Shown in pieces: positions 17,551 to 27,500 of a stretch of DNA of 64,000 nucleotides. The position numbers were made by a program, and so were the translations under genes. A model generated the notes under the pieces. It was given only the letters and a program-made list of their open reading frames with translations, made no database searches and was not told the origin of the DNA. The first letter of the stretch is position 1; every line of letters begins with the position of its first letter. Source of the DNA: Luteolibacter sp. (GTDB lineage Bacteria > Verrucomicrobiota > Verrucomicrobiia > Verrucomicrobiales > Akkermansiaceae); the NCBI GenBank assembly GCA_044233125.1, contig JBIIKO010000008.1, forward strand, positions 20,873 to 84,872, in the 5' to 3' direction.

Positions 17551-18612
17551 ATGTCGCGCGGATCTTTTTCCAATCTAACTGAACAGGTCGCCAAAACCCT
17601 CCGTGAAGGAATGCTCTCCGGGCGTTGGCGAGGTACTTTACCCGGGCGCGACCAACTGGCTGGTGAATTAGGCGTGAGCAACACCACCATGGAAGCGGCC
17701 ATGAGGCGACTCGGGAAAGAGGGCTTGCTTGTTTCGCAAGGAGCGGGCAAGCGGCGCCGGATCGTCGTCTCGGAGAATCATATTGTGCCGCGGGACTTGC
17801 GGATCAACTTCCTTTCTTACGAATCCCTGAGTCCGGGTTTGCCGCAGGTCTTGGATCTCATGGATCAGTTGCGGAAGGCAGGCTTTGCCGTCGAGGCCTC
17901 GCCGAAATCCTTGCTGGATCTGAACATGGACGTGAAGCGGGTTGCGCGGCTTGTTCAGCAAAACCCGGCCGATGCATGGATCGTGGCTTCAGGATCCCGC
18001 GAGGTGCTTGAATGGTTTTGCAAGCAATCCATCCCTGCTTATGCTTATTTCGGTAATAAATCGGATCTTCCGATTGCCGGCTGCAGTGTCCGCAGAAACA
18101 TATCCCAGCTGGTCCAGCGCCTGGTGGCGCTGGGTCACCGCCGCATCGTGATGTTGATCAGGGAAGAGCACTTGAAGCCGAATCTCTCCTTTTTTGCCAA
18201 ACTCTACATGGAGGCACTCAAAGAGGCGGGGATTAACCCGAATTCCTACAACCTGCCCATCTGGGGCTACCAGCCCGAATCGTTGCGTCGCTGCTTGGAT
18301 GCCCTCTACAAAACCACGCCCCCGACCGTCCTGATCACCAGCGAGGCATCCATCATGCTCGCTGTCCGCGATTATCATGCATACCGCGGGATCATGTCGC
18401 CGCGTGACGTTTCCCTGATCACGCTGGACCAAAGCTCCAGCTTCGCTTGGTGCGATCCTGTCATCGCGCATTTTGTCTGGGATGCCAAGTCTCTCAACCG
18501 ACGGGTCGTCCGCTGGGCCAAACATGTGGCGGTGGGCATTGAGGATAAACGCCAGATTTTTACCAAAACGAAATTCATCGAAGGCGGAACCATCGGGCCG
18601 GCCAAGCCCTAG
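17551..18612 (+). CDS. GntR-type wHTH + LacI-like substrate-binding domain regulator
   Basis: EQVAKTLRE...LPGRDQLAGELGVSNTTMEAAMRRL wHTH. C-terminal LVALGHRRIV...PPTVLIT...PRDVSLI periplasmic-binding-like fold. Confidence 0.85.
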   Translation: MSRGSFSNLTEQVAKTLREGMLSGRWRGTLPGRDQLAGELGVSNTTMEAAMRRLGKEGLLVSQGAGKRRRIVVSENHIVPRDLRINFLSYESLSPGLPQVLDLMDQLRKAGFAVEASPKSLLDLNMDVKRVARLVQQNPADAWIVASGSREVLEWFCKQSIPAYAYFGNKSDLPIAGCSVRRNISQLVQRLVALGHRRIVMLIREEHLKPNLSFFAKLYMEALKEAGINPNSYNLPIWGYQPESLRRCLDALYKTTPPTVLITSEASIMLAVRDYHAYRGIMSPRDVSLITLDQSSSFAWCDPVIAHFVWDAKSLNRRVVRWAKHVAVGIEDKRQIFTKTKFIEGGTIGPAKP

Positions 18613-18693
18613 ATCGTTTTGCAAAAAATCTTTTTTGAAACGACAGGGCGGAAATTTTTGAGGTGTTTTTGATCAACCTTTGCGCGGATGTTT

Positions 18694-20559
18694 CTATTTC
18701 ACGGGCACAAGTTTCATTTCCCTCATGGTGAATCCCCGGCCCGTTTTGCAAGTGAGCATGAGGGTGTTTCTTCCTTCCTTGAGCTCCATTTCGACGGGCT
18801 TTGACAGCTCCCACATGCCGAGTGTGTAGGGGAGTTCCACATCGATTTGTGTTCTCCGGTTAAGCCGAATCAGTCCGATTTGATCCGGGGCGACGGTGCA
18901 GACGTCGAGGGTGATCATGTATTTGCCATCTTTTGGAGCCTCGATGTAGTAGGTCAAAAGCTCAGGTTCCGTTCCGAGCCGGGCGTAGTGCATCTGGGTT
19001 CCGGTTTTCTCGAAATTCGCCATGAAGAGAATGCGGCCGGTGCTGGAGCTTGGCTTTGCGCAGGCTGCGGCGGGAACGATGATTGAGCCATCTGCGGCAG
19101 CGACCATCTTCCGATGATCCTCAGGGATCACATAAGCCGCGCCATCGTGGGTCTCCTCGAGTCCCGCCTCGGACTCACCGAGGAGCGTCTTGGCTTCGTC
19201 TGCGGTCATGGCAGCGAGTTTTTTCTCCTCCTCGGATTTTGCCAAGGCGGCATCCGCCACCATCACCCGTTTTTTATAGAATGCCAGAGCATTCCAGAAG
19301 CCACCGCCCTGGCCGTAGGCGATGCGGTCCACATCTTCCTCGCCCAGAGCATCTGCGATCCACTGCGCACGAAGCACTTGCATGAAGGGCTTGGGAAAAA
19401 AGCGTGCTTGGGAGTCGAGATAGAAATCGAGCCCGCCGGGTGAGTTGGACCACCAGGCTCCCAAATTGACCTTCCAGCCTGTGGGCGTCCAGTGGGACAA
19501 AGCGCCGTGGGCGGTCTGGGGATGATTACGGGCTGGGATGCCGAAGGCGCGCAGGGTCAGACGGCCGAACCATGCGCGGGGGCCGCAGGAACCGCCGAGT
19601 GCGAGCGCCTGTTGAGACCGTGTGCCAAGCTCATCATCTGTGCGGATGCTGCTGTAGGGCATGTCGCTTTTCACGAGGCGAACATAGCGCCAATGGGTAT
19701 CGGCGGTGCGGATGTGATCCGGGCGGTAATTACGCATCGCTTTCCGGATCCAGGTAAGATCATTGAGCGCGCGCTCGCCAACCATGATGAAGCGGCAGAG
19801 CCATGGGGTCATGTCCTTGAACGACGGATCGAGTTCGCCATCGAGGTAGGCTTTCTCGTAGTGCTGGTAGCGTTCGACCGGATCGTTGCAGCTCAGAGCG
19901 ATGGCGGTACCCAAAGCGAGGTGTTGAAAAATAGTGCCGACCTCACGGGCGCGTTCGTTCTCTTTCAGGATCGCGGTATAGATCTGCATGGCCTCGCCGT
20001 AGTTGCCATCCTTTGCGCCCTCGGCCACGGTGATTTGCTTCATGAGCGCCTCATCGGCAAACAACTTATCGAGGAGCGCCTCCTGGGCTTTGCCTTGTTG
20101 GGCGAACGCGGCAAGTCCGTGTGGGGTGCCGTGAGTGAGGATGGCGATCCTGACCAACTTACCATCGAGCGCATCACTGCCGAGGAAAGTATCGTGATCC
20201 GCGAGAAGCGCTCTGGAGGACTCCATCATCTTGGATTCCGCCTGTGCCAGTGCTTCCTTATAGTTGGCGACATCTGCAGCCGTGGCGCCTTTCTCGGGAG
20301 CGACGAGTGCATCCAGAGTCGCCCGTGCGTCCAGAAAGGCCTGCTTTTTCTTTTCATCGATCGCAGGCAATGCCGCCACGACCTCCTTGTTGAGGGACGA
20401 GAGCAAAGTCTGATACTTTGTTAGAATTTTTTCGCCCTGCGCCGTGAGCGGGGCGGGAGCCTTCTTTTTTTGCGCTGCCGCAAACGGACAGAGCAAAATC
20501 AGACAGGCTACCATCATGCCCTGAGTGGTGATTTTCATCGTGTGCTTCATGGGTGTCAT
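18694..20559 (-). CDS. Exported transglutaminase-like (Cys-His) protein with C-terminal CBM-like beta-sandwich
   Basis: Signal peptide; GGSCGPRAWFGRLTLRAFGIPAR...AHG (C325/H351); C-terminal APKDGKYMITL...LPYTLGMW...LKEGRNTL. Paralog of 36696-39272. Confidence 0.65.
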   Translation of the reverse strand: MTPMKHTMKITTQGMMVACLILLCPFAAAQKKKAPAPLTAQGEKILTKYQTLLSSLNKEVVAALPAIDEKKKQAFLDARATLDALVAPEKGATAADVANYKEALAQAESKMMESSRALLADHDTFLGSDALDGKLVRIAILTHGTPHGLAAFAQQGKAQEALLDKLFADEALMKQITVAEGAKDGNYGEAMQIYTAILKENERAREVGTIFQHLALGTAIALSCNDPVERYQHYEKAYLDGELDPSFKDMTPWLCRFIMVGERALNDLTWIRKAMRNYRPDHIRTADTHWRYVRLVKSDMPYSSIRTDDELGTRSQQALALGGSCGPRAWFGRLTLRAFGIPARNHPQTAHGALSHWTPTGWKVNLGAWWSNSPGGLDFYLDSQARFFPKPFMQVLRAQWIADALGEEDVDRIAYGQGGGFWNALAFYKKRVMVADAALAKSEEEKKLAAMTADEAKTLLGESEAGLEETHDGAAYVIPEDHRKMVAAADGSIIVPAAACAKPSSSTGRILFMANFEKTGTQMHYARLGTEPELLTYYIEAPKDGKYMITLDVCTVAPDQIGLIRLNRRTQIDVELPYTLGMWELSKPVEMELKEGRNTLMLTCKTGRGFTMREMKLVPVK

Positions 20560-20571
20560 ATTTTTGAATGG

Positions 20572-23361
20572 TCAATCTTTGTCGAGTTTAGGGGCTTCCA
20601 TGGCGAGGCGGACGCGCTTGAGCCTATCGTAATAAACGCCGCCCGCGATGCCCACTTTGAACGCCGCGCCTGACGGAAGCGTGGGGTGAGGTTGAGTTTC
20701 CTGATCCGCCATGGCGCGCGCCGCCTTGGCCTCATCGCCGCGTTTGAGTTGATCGAGGATCATGGCCTTGGTGAGAAGGATTTCCACCACACCATGGCAC
20801 TTGCAGCGCCCGGCGACCATGCGTTGCTTGATCGCATCATCGATGGTGATGAGTGCCGCTTCCCAATCCTTGAGGCCCATTTGTGCCAACGCCCGGCCAT
20901 GGGTGCGATCGGAGTGCCACCAGTTTTCCTTCGCGTTTTTCGTCGTGAAGGCATTGAACTGTTGGACGGCGGTCTCGTAGTCGCCGCGTTCAAGCGACTC
21001 GAAGCCCACGTCACTCTTGAGCTTCTGGAGATTGTTCGCAATCGCCAGCACCATCGGGAAATCAGGACCTTCCGCTTTGAGCGAATAGCGATAGCTCAGG
21101 CCGGAGACGGCCCACGCGAGCGTGCCGTCATTGCGGAAGAGAATGACGTTCGGCATGATATCCGCCGAGAGGATCCCGAGCTTACGGACAAGCGGGTTTT
21201 TCAGACCGCCGGGCACCATGGCCACTTGGTAAGACTTGTCTTCCGGCACGGCCGCATTCGCGAGTTTAGCGTCATCGCTGAGCATGGCGACCACCACATC
21301 CACATCATCGTGATTTTTGAAGGCTTTGGCAAAGGCCTTGACGCGATCCATCATTCCGGCCTGGGTAGCGGCATCGGCGGAAGGTTCGGCAAAAATCACG
21401 CCGAGCATCCGATCCGGCTTTTCCTGCGGGAGCGTCATGGTGCCGCCATTGAGAGATTTCAGCTCGAGACTCAAGCGGGTATTTCGGTCCAGCGGTTCAT
21501 CCAGACCGGAGAGCATCACCCGGAAACCGGCTTTACCCATGCGTTCTTTGAGACCGCCCGGCAGCGCGTAGAAATTGCGATGGCGATGATGGCGGTCTAA
21601 CAGAAATGCGCGGACGGGCCACAAGCCCGGGTCGATAGCATCGCCCAGTGCCAGCAAGCGCTTGCGATAAGTTTCATGAACGCTTCGCGCATTCGCATCA
21701 AGGGCTAGCATGGCGGCGGCAGCCAGAGCGGAAGCGGAAGCCTTTTCGCCGCCGCATTGGGCGATGAAGTTGGCGATCAGGGCTTCCGGATTTTCCTCTC
21801 CCTTGCGCAAGGCCACCTTGACCCGGCAGAAGCGGGACACAACATCCGCACCGGGAGGCAAGGCTGTCATGCCAAGCACGAGTCCGGCTTCGGTGGCGGC
21901 GGCATCCAGATGGGACGCGTCTCCTGTTAGATTCCACAAGCCGATGAGGGCGATGATTCTGCGGTTTCGGAGCTGCCAGCTGTCGGGCGCGTCCGCCTTG
22001 GATTTGAGAGCTGAGGTGGTCAAATCGGCGACCTTGCGGTAGTGCGCCAGTTCCTCCTCACGACTGATCCGGTAGCGGAAAGGCGGCGCGACCTCAGCGG
22101 GGAGGGAGCTGGATGCGGGAGCATCGGCGACGAGAAAATCGCCGATAAAAAGCGAGCGCAATTGCGCGAGGTAGCGGCTGTCATCGATTTGCCAGCTGAA
22201 ATCCGCAATTTTGCGCGGTCCGGGAATTTCCTCCCCTGCCCCTTCGGCGGCGGCAATGCCGAGTGCCGGCGATGGGGATTCGAGTAGCACACGACCTTGG
22301 GCGTTAACGATGAAGGCTTGCGGATCGATGCTGGCGTAGGCTTGATAAGTCGGGTTCTTGCGACCGCCCGGCAGCTGCATGACGGTCCAATCCAAGCCGA
22401 GTTTTTTCAACTTTTCCCGCCCCGCATCCGGAAGCTCATCCACGTTGAAGCTCAGCACTTCCAACCCCCCGGGAGATGCCGCTTGCAACGCCTTCGCCTC
22501 CTTCAGGTGGTCATCGATGCGCGGGGTTTGCTCCGACCAGAAGAAAACCAGATAGGGACGCCCCCAGCGGTCGAGCGGCAGCGAGACTGACGCACCTCCA
22601 GCGATTTGAAAGGTTCCCCGGAACACCGCATCAAAGCGGTCACTGGCGTTATCGGTCCGCCATTGCTGGATGGTCTTGAGATCGCCTGCAGAGATTTCGT
22701 AAATACGCTCCTTGATGCGTGCGACGAGTTCGAGATCGACCAGCTTGGCGGCGATCATCGAGCCGATCATCAGGCCTTTCGATTCGGCAGCCGTGCCGCG
22801 GTATTTTGCGAGTAATTCCTCGAGCACCTTGCATCGTTCCTCAGGTGTGGCTTTTTTCTCACTCATGGTTTTCTCCATGAGGAGCAAATCCGCATCGAGC
22901 CTTAACTCTGCGAATTCGTCTGGAGCCTTGCGCAGTTCCTCCGCCGTGGCGAAGAGATCGTTGCGATTTTCCAGCGTGTTCTCAAGGGACAATAGGCGCC
23001 GCTGACCGTCTTGAATGAGACCCAGCAGAGCGAAACGGCCGCCCCCCTCCGGTGTCGTGGCGAGCAGGGCTTGCGCCTTCCGGATGACGCTCTTGCATAC
23101 GCGCCGCGCCGCAGCAGCAGAGTCCGCCTTCACAGCTTCCGACAACTCCTGCCGCAGGGCGGCCACTCCGGATTCCGGAGTGCTAGCCGCAGCTTCCTGC
23201 GCTGCACTGAAACTCAAGGAGCCGAGCATGCAACAAAGCAGAAGGCCAAGCAAGCGATGCCCGAATGCGTCGGACCGTTGCGGAGATAGGTTCCTGCTAT
23301 TTTTCAGGCAGTCTGTTAGAGCAGTGGATTTTTTGAACGTATGATGAGACAGGGGTTTCAT
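20572..23361 (-). CDS. Exported protein with two CxxC-less thioredoxin-like domains and C-terminal TPRs
   Basis: Signal/TM LLGLLLCCMLGSLSFSAA. TlpA-like segments YLVFFWS...LEVLSFNVD...AFIVNAQGRV and LGVIFA...PNVILFRNDG; TPR-like RALAQMGLKDWEAA. Start set at ATG 23361, 4 nt after the upstream stop. Confidence 0.65.
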   Translation of the reverse strand: MKPLSHHTFKKSTALTDCLKNSRNLSPQRSDAFGHRLLGLLLCCMLGSLSFSAAQEAAASTPESGVAALRQELSEAVKADSAAAARRVCKSVIRKAQALLATTPEGGGRFALLGLIQDGQRRLLSLENTLENRNDLFATAEELRKAPDEFAELRLDADLLLMEKTMSEKKATPEERCKVLEELLAKYRGTAAESKGLMIGSMIAAKLVDLELVARIKERIYEISAGDLKTIQQWRTDNASDRFDAVFRGTFQIAGGASVSLPLDRWGRPYLVFFWSEQTPRIDDHLKEAKALQAASPGGLEVLSFNVDELPDAGREKLKKLGLDWTVMQLPGGRKNPTYQAYASIDPQAFIVNAQGRVLLESPSPALGIAAAEGAGEEIPGPRKIADFSWQIDDSRYLAQLRSLFIGDFLVADAPASSSLPAEVAPPFRYRISREEELAHYRKVADLTTSALKSKADAPDSWQLRNRRIIALIGLWNLTGDASHLDAAATEAGLVLGMTALPPGADVVSRFCRVKVALRKGEENPEALIANFIAQCGGEKASASALAAAAMLALDANARSVHETYRKRLLALGDAIDPGLWPVRAFLLDRHHRHRNFYALPGGLKERMGKAGFRVMLSGLDEPLDRNTRLSLELKSLNGGTMTLPQEKPDRMLGVIFAEPSADAATQAGMMDRVKAFAKAFKNHDDVDVVVAMLSDDAKLANAAVPEDKSYQVAMVPGGLKNPLVRKLGILSADIMPNVILFRNDGTLAWAVSGLSYRYSLKAEGPDFPMVLAIANNLQKLKSDVGFESLERGDYETAVQQFNAFTTKNAKENWWHSDRTHGRALAQMGLKDWEAALITIDDAIKQRMVAGRCKCHGVVEILLTKAMILDQLKRGDEAKAARAMADQETQPHPTLPSGAAFKVGIAGGVYYDRLKRVRLAMEAPKLDKD

Positions 23362-23365
23362 GTTC

Positions 23366-24526
23366 CTACTTTTGGTAAATGGGAATGTAGCGGTAGGGTG
23401 CTGCAAGCATGATGATCGCCATCGGGGTTTCGTGGCCGACAATCTTGGTGGCCGATGACGCTGGGGCGGATTGCTCTTCTATGGGAAGCCCTGCAGCCTT
23501 GGTAGGCGTTTTATCCGACACTTTTCCTATCCACGAACCGTTTCCAGACTGGCGGCTGACCAATGCATCGCGAATCTGCGGATACCACTTCGCATAGCGC
23601 TCGTCGCCCGACTGCACCATCGCTTGGAGGGCATAGTAGTGGCAGTAGTAGTAATAACCGCAGCCTTGGAAGATGGCGGGTGCGAGTCCCTCAAGATTTC
23701 GCAGCGCGCCCTCGACCATTTCGGACTCACGAGCTCCGGCAAGCTGCGCCGCATACGCGCCGGCGGCGGTGGAGCCAATGGTATCTGATCCGGCTTGTCC
23801 CGAGCCGAGCGGCACATAGACGAAACCACCAGTCTTCGGGTTGGCTACCAGCTCCAGATAGGAAATGACCTTGGCGATCGTCTCGTTGGGAACCGCGATG
23901 CCCGCCTGACGTGCGGAGGCCAGGGCAACGAACACCGTGCCGGTCGCGGACGTATCATTGCCTTTACTCGGAGTGGGTTGATAGCGCCAACCGCCGGCAG
24001 CGGTTTGCGAGCGCAGAATAACATCGACCGCCGCCTCAATAGCCTTTTGGAACGCGTCATCATCCTCCTTGGATCCGGTCATCCCCCAGAGTTCGGTCAA
24101 GGCAAGGGTCGCCATGCCGTGCTCGTACATCGAGGATCCCAAGTATCCATTCGGCGCCTCTTTCGCTTGATTGAGAAGCCAATCCTTAGCGCGTGCCAGT
24201 GCCTTGCCATTGGGTCCGGAGCCGGGGAATTCGGCGCGGGACATGAATGCCATCAGCGCCAGCGAGGTCATCGCCGTGGATCGTTCACCGAGTTCACCGG
24301 AAGCCCATGAACCATCGTCGCGCTGATTGGCCAGAAGGTATTTCAAGCCCCTGTCAATCGCCTGTGCGGCTTTGACGGTGAGTTCCGGCGCATCGTTCTG
24401 TTGGGCGAGACCCGTGGTGGGAATGGCGGATAAGAGCGTGAGTGCCAGCACACCGATGTGGCTACTACGCAAGGCGAGGCGAAATCCCCAGCCATTCCAT
24501 CTGAAACCTGATTTTTGCATTCTCAT
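23366..24526 (-). CDS. Exported prenyltransferase/squalene-oxidase-repeat (alpha/alpha toroid) protein
   Basis: QW-type repeats (NQRDDGSW, SQTAAGGW, RQSGNGSW), MYEHG and NDTSAT; signal peptide; ATGA overlap with the upstream gene. Confidence 0.85.
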   Translation of the reverse strand: MRMQKSGFRWNGWGFRLALRSSHIGVLALTLLSAIPTTGLAQQNDAPELTVKAAQAIDRGLKYLLANQRDDGSWASGELGERSTAMTSLALMAFMSRAEFPGSGPNGKALARAKDWLLNQAKEAPNGYLGSSMYEHGMATLALTELWGMTGSKEDDDAFQKAIEAAVDVILRSQTAAGGWRYQPTPSKGNDTSATGTVFVALASARQAGIAVPNETIAKVISYLELVANPKTGGFVYVPLGSGQAGSDTIGSTAAGAYAAQLAGARESEMVEGALRNLEGLAPAIFQGCGYYYYCHYYALQAMVQSGDERYAKWYPQIRDALVSRQSGNGSWIGKVSDKTPTKAAGLPIEEQSAPASSATKIVGHETPMAIIMLAAPYRYIPIYQK

Positions 24527-27500
24527 TTTGTCAGCCTTTCGAAATAGTTTTTCAAAGTATCGCGATGTTCGAGGGGTAATTCGCGCGCGAAATTCTCGTT
24601 GAGTGCGGCGCGCTGGCGTTTGCCGAGCACCTCCCAGTCCAGCTTGCCGGCCGGAGGGCGTTCGCCGCTGACCACGCCGGGCATCATCAGATCGAACTGA
24701 TCCTGCATTTCGACAAAGATCTCGGATTCCGGAGGCGGTGGTGGGGTAGCACCTTTACCTGGCTCGGCAAGGAATTTGATTGCGTATTCGATGATGAAGT
24801 GACGCAGACTTGTCGCCGCTTTCTCCTGGCCGGACACCGTGCGCGCGCGATCTCCCGCTACAGCACCTGCCGCGGCTTCCGCGAAGGATTGCTTCGCCGC
24901 CACCAGCTTGAGGTGCAGGTTGGCGGGCGGCAATGGCTCTGTGGGGGGCTCTTCCCCCTTCGCCAATATCACCGGTGGATTCAGTTGCTCCTGCGCGATG
25001 ACGATGAACGGATCAAGGGATAACTCGAACGCAAGCAAGCCGGACTCGGTGGCTTTGAGCGCCGCTCCATCCGCCGCGCTATGTTCGCGGATGAATCCTT
25101 TATGCTTCGCCGCCACAGCCAGCACCTGCCTCATCAAAAGAGGTTCCGGTTTCGGTTTTTCCTCTTGAGCACCGAGAATCAGACCGACTTGTTTCACGCA
25201 ATTGGCCAGTGTCGCCGCATCGGCTTTCAGTGAAGTTTCCGCCGATTGCATCCGCGCAGCGGCTCCGGCGATGTCGTTCTTGGCGAGCAAACTTTCAGCC
25301 TCCGCCATGGATGTTAGGCTGGTCGAATTCATTTCGAGTCCCGTGATGCGCTGGATCAACGCACTGTAAGTCTGGAGGCCGGTCTTGATCTCGGCCTGCT
25401 CGCGGGCAAGCGCTGCGGCATCGGCACCGACCGCCAGAGCTTTGACGCAGAGTCTGCGCTGGGCCTCGGCGAGACGCACCCCTTCATGACTGGCCTCGTA
25501 AGAAGCTTCCATAATTTCAAGAACGTAGCGGTGCTGCGCGACGATATCCAAGATATTGCTGCGAAGTTTCTCCATCGTCTCGACGATGTATTCGATGGCG
25601 TCAATCGCCTCGACCCGGTCTTTCGCCAGCATGGCATCCGCAGCGGCCTCCATGTCCTCCTTCGCGAACATCATAACGGTACTCGAACCGACCGTCTTTC
25701 CGACGACAGCCAGAAGCTCGAGAGTCGCGTTCACCGCATGGATCAGGTTTTTCTGGGAAACGGCGAAGCTGGGCAGCTCGTCATCTTTCGCCTTGCGCAC
25801 CCGCTCGAGCAGATCGCTTTGTTCCGCGATGATTTCCGCAATGAAAGGGCTCGGGAACTCCGCGCTTTCCACCGCGAGAAGGACTCCACCGAAGCGACTC
25901 AAGCGGCCGGCATGATCCGCGAGCAAGGCATTGGCCATTTTGACGTTTTCCAGTGCGCCTTCTTGAAACGGAATGGCTTCTTCGGGTTTTTTGGCATCAA
26001 GCAGGGTGGCGGCAGTGCGCAGGGATTGCACGATTTCACCAAGGCAGGCCGGAAGCGCCCGTGGTTGGTCCGAAGAGTCACCGTCGTTTTGTACCTGCGC
26101 GTTCATCTCGTCCAAATGTTGCTGGATTGTATCCGCCAGTGACGCTTGCCGCTCGGCAAGCGAGTTCGCCTGGTTTTTCTTCGCAGCCGCATCTTCCGTC
26201 TCCTCCAAAAGGGCGAGCAGGCCATCGGAGTACCGACCAAACCGCTCAAACATTTCTTCCGCTGTGAATTTAAACCGACTGATCCGAAGAACCTGGGTCA
26301 TGGAAGCGATGCGCGCTTTCGAGATGCTGGCGAGCTCCTTGAAGGATTTCTCGACCAGCTCCTGATCCTTGCGGGCGGCATCACGCTCGCCCTTGGCGAT
26401 GGCCGCGGCGGCGCGCTTCATCGCATCGTCCGCTGTGGCTAACAGCTCCGCCACCGGAGGAGGTAGCGGGTCATGGTCTTCAAAAAGCCGTGGTCGCCGC
26501 GCGGGAATCTGCGGCATGAGCAGCATCTGGAGTTTTCTTTGCAAAGCCTCCTGCTCGGCAGCCAACGCAGCACCGCTGTCCCGGTAGGCCTTCTCGTCCA
26601 ACGCGTCCATGGCAAGGCGGATTTTCACCTGTTCAGCCACAAGTGTTTCATAAAGTGCCTTGGCCGCGACCAGCGCATCCCGCTCGCCACCCACCCGCAG
26701 GCGGGATTCGGCATGAAGAAGGGCCTGGATGACTTCGGCCTGCCGTTTTGCCGCATCGCCGGTGGAGTTGCTACGAATCAGCTCCGACGCCTGTTGCAGA
26801 CGCGGCTCCATGCCGTCACGGATCATTTTCTTGACCACGCGAGACAGAGTGAAAGCTGTTAGAGCCTCCTCCACGGTGCTTTCACGATCCTTGGGGCTCG
26901 CCGCGAACAGGCGCTTCAACCATACCGCCAACTGATCCTGCTCGGTTGCCAAGACCGACGCGTTTTCCTGTTGCACGATCGTTCGCAAGCGCAAAGCGGC
27001 TTGGGTTGAGGCGGCCGCGCGGTATTCTCGAGCCATCACATCCGCCGCCTCGTTGTAGCCGAGTTGCAGCACGAGCAATCCGATTTCGCGAGACGAATCA
27101 TCCAGTGCGGCAACCGCTTTTGACTTTGCAGAAGCTACCACAGGGGCGGCTTTCCCGACTTCGCCGCCCAGCGTCCGGAGTGCCGGCGCGGTAGCGGCAA
27201 GGTTTTGTTCAGCGATTCGCAACACCTCCTTGCGCAGCTGGGCCAGTGCATCGATGCCTGGGTAATCGGTGATCTGGTTTGCCGCTAGATCGTCGATGAG
27301 TTCCTGCATGCCTATCGAGAGTTTGCTCATCCGCTCACGCATCAGATCTTGCCGCACGGCCTCGAGCTGGCAGTTCTGCATGAAAACCGGATCGGAGGGA
27401 TCCAGACGGAGAATATCCTCATGAACTTTGCGTTGCTCGCGGTAGATCGCTTTGAGCTCCGAGAGCTGGCGGAGCCTCTGTTTTTCCAGCTGCGCAAGGT

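Noticed and set aside
19492-21600. Long plus-strand ORFs (310 aa, 304 aa) and similar antisense ORFs across 12-64 kb
   Set aside because: They lie antisense to well-supported genes in GC-rich DNA and show no recognisable motifs.
23366-24526. Squalene-hopene cyclase / hopanoid biosynthesis
   Set aside because: Single-domain exported toroid with no DxDD motif and no isoprenoid pathway genes nearby.
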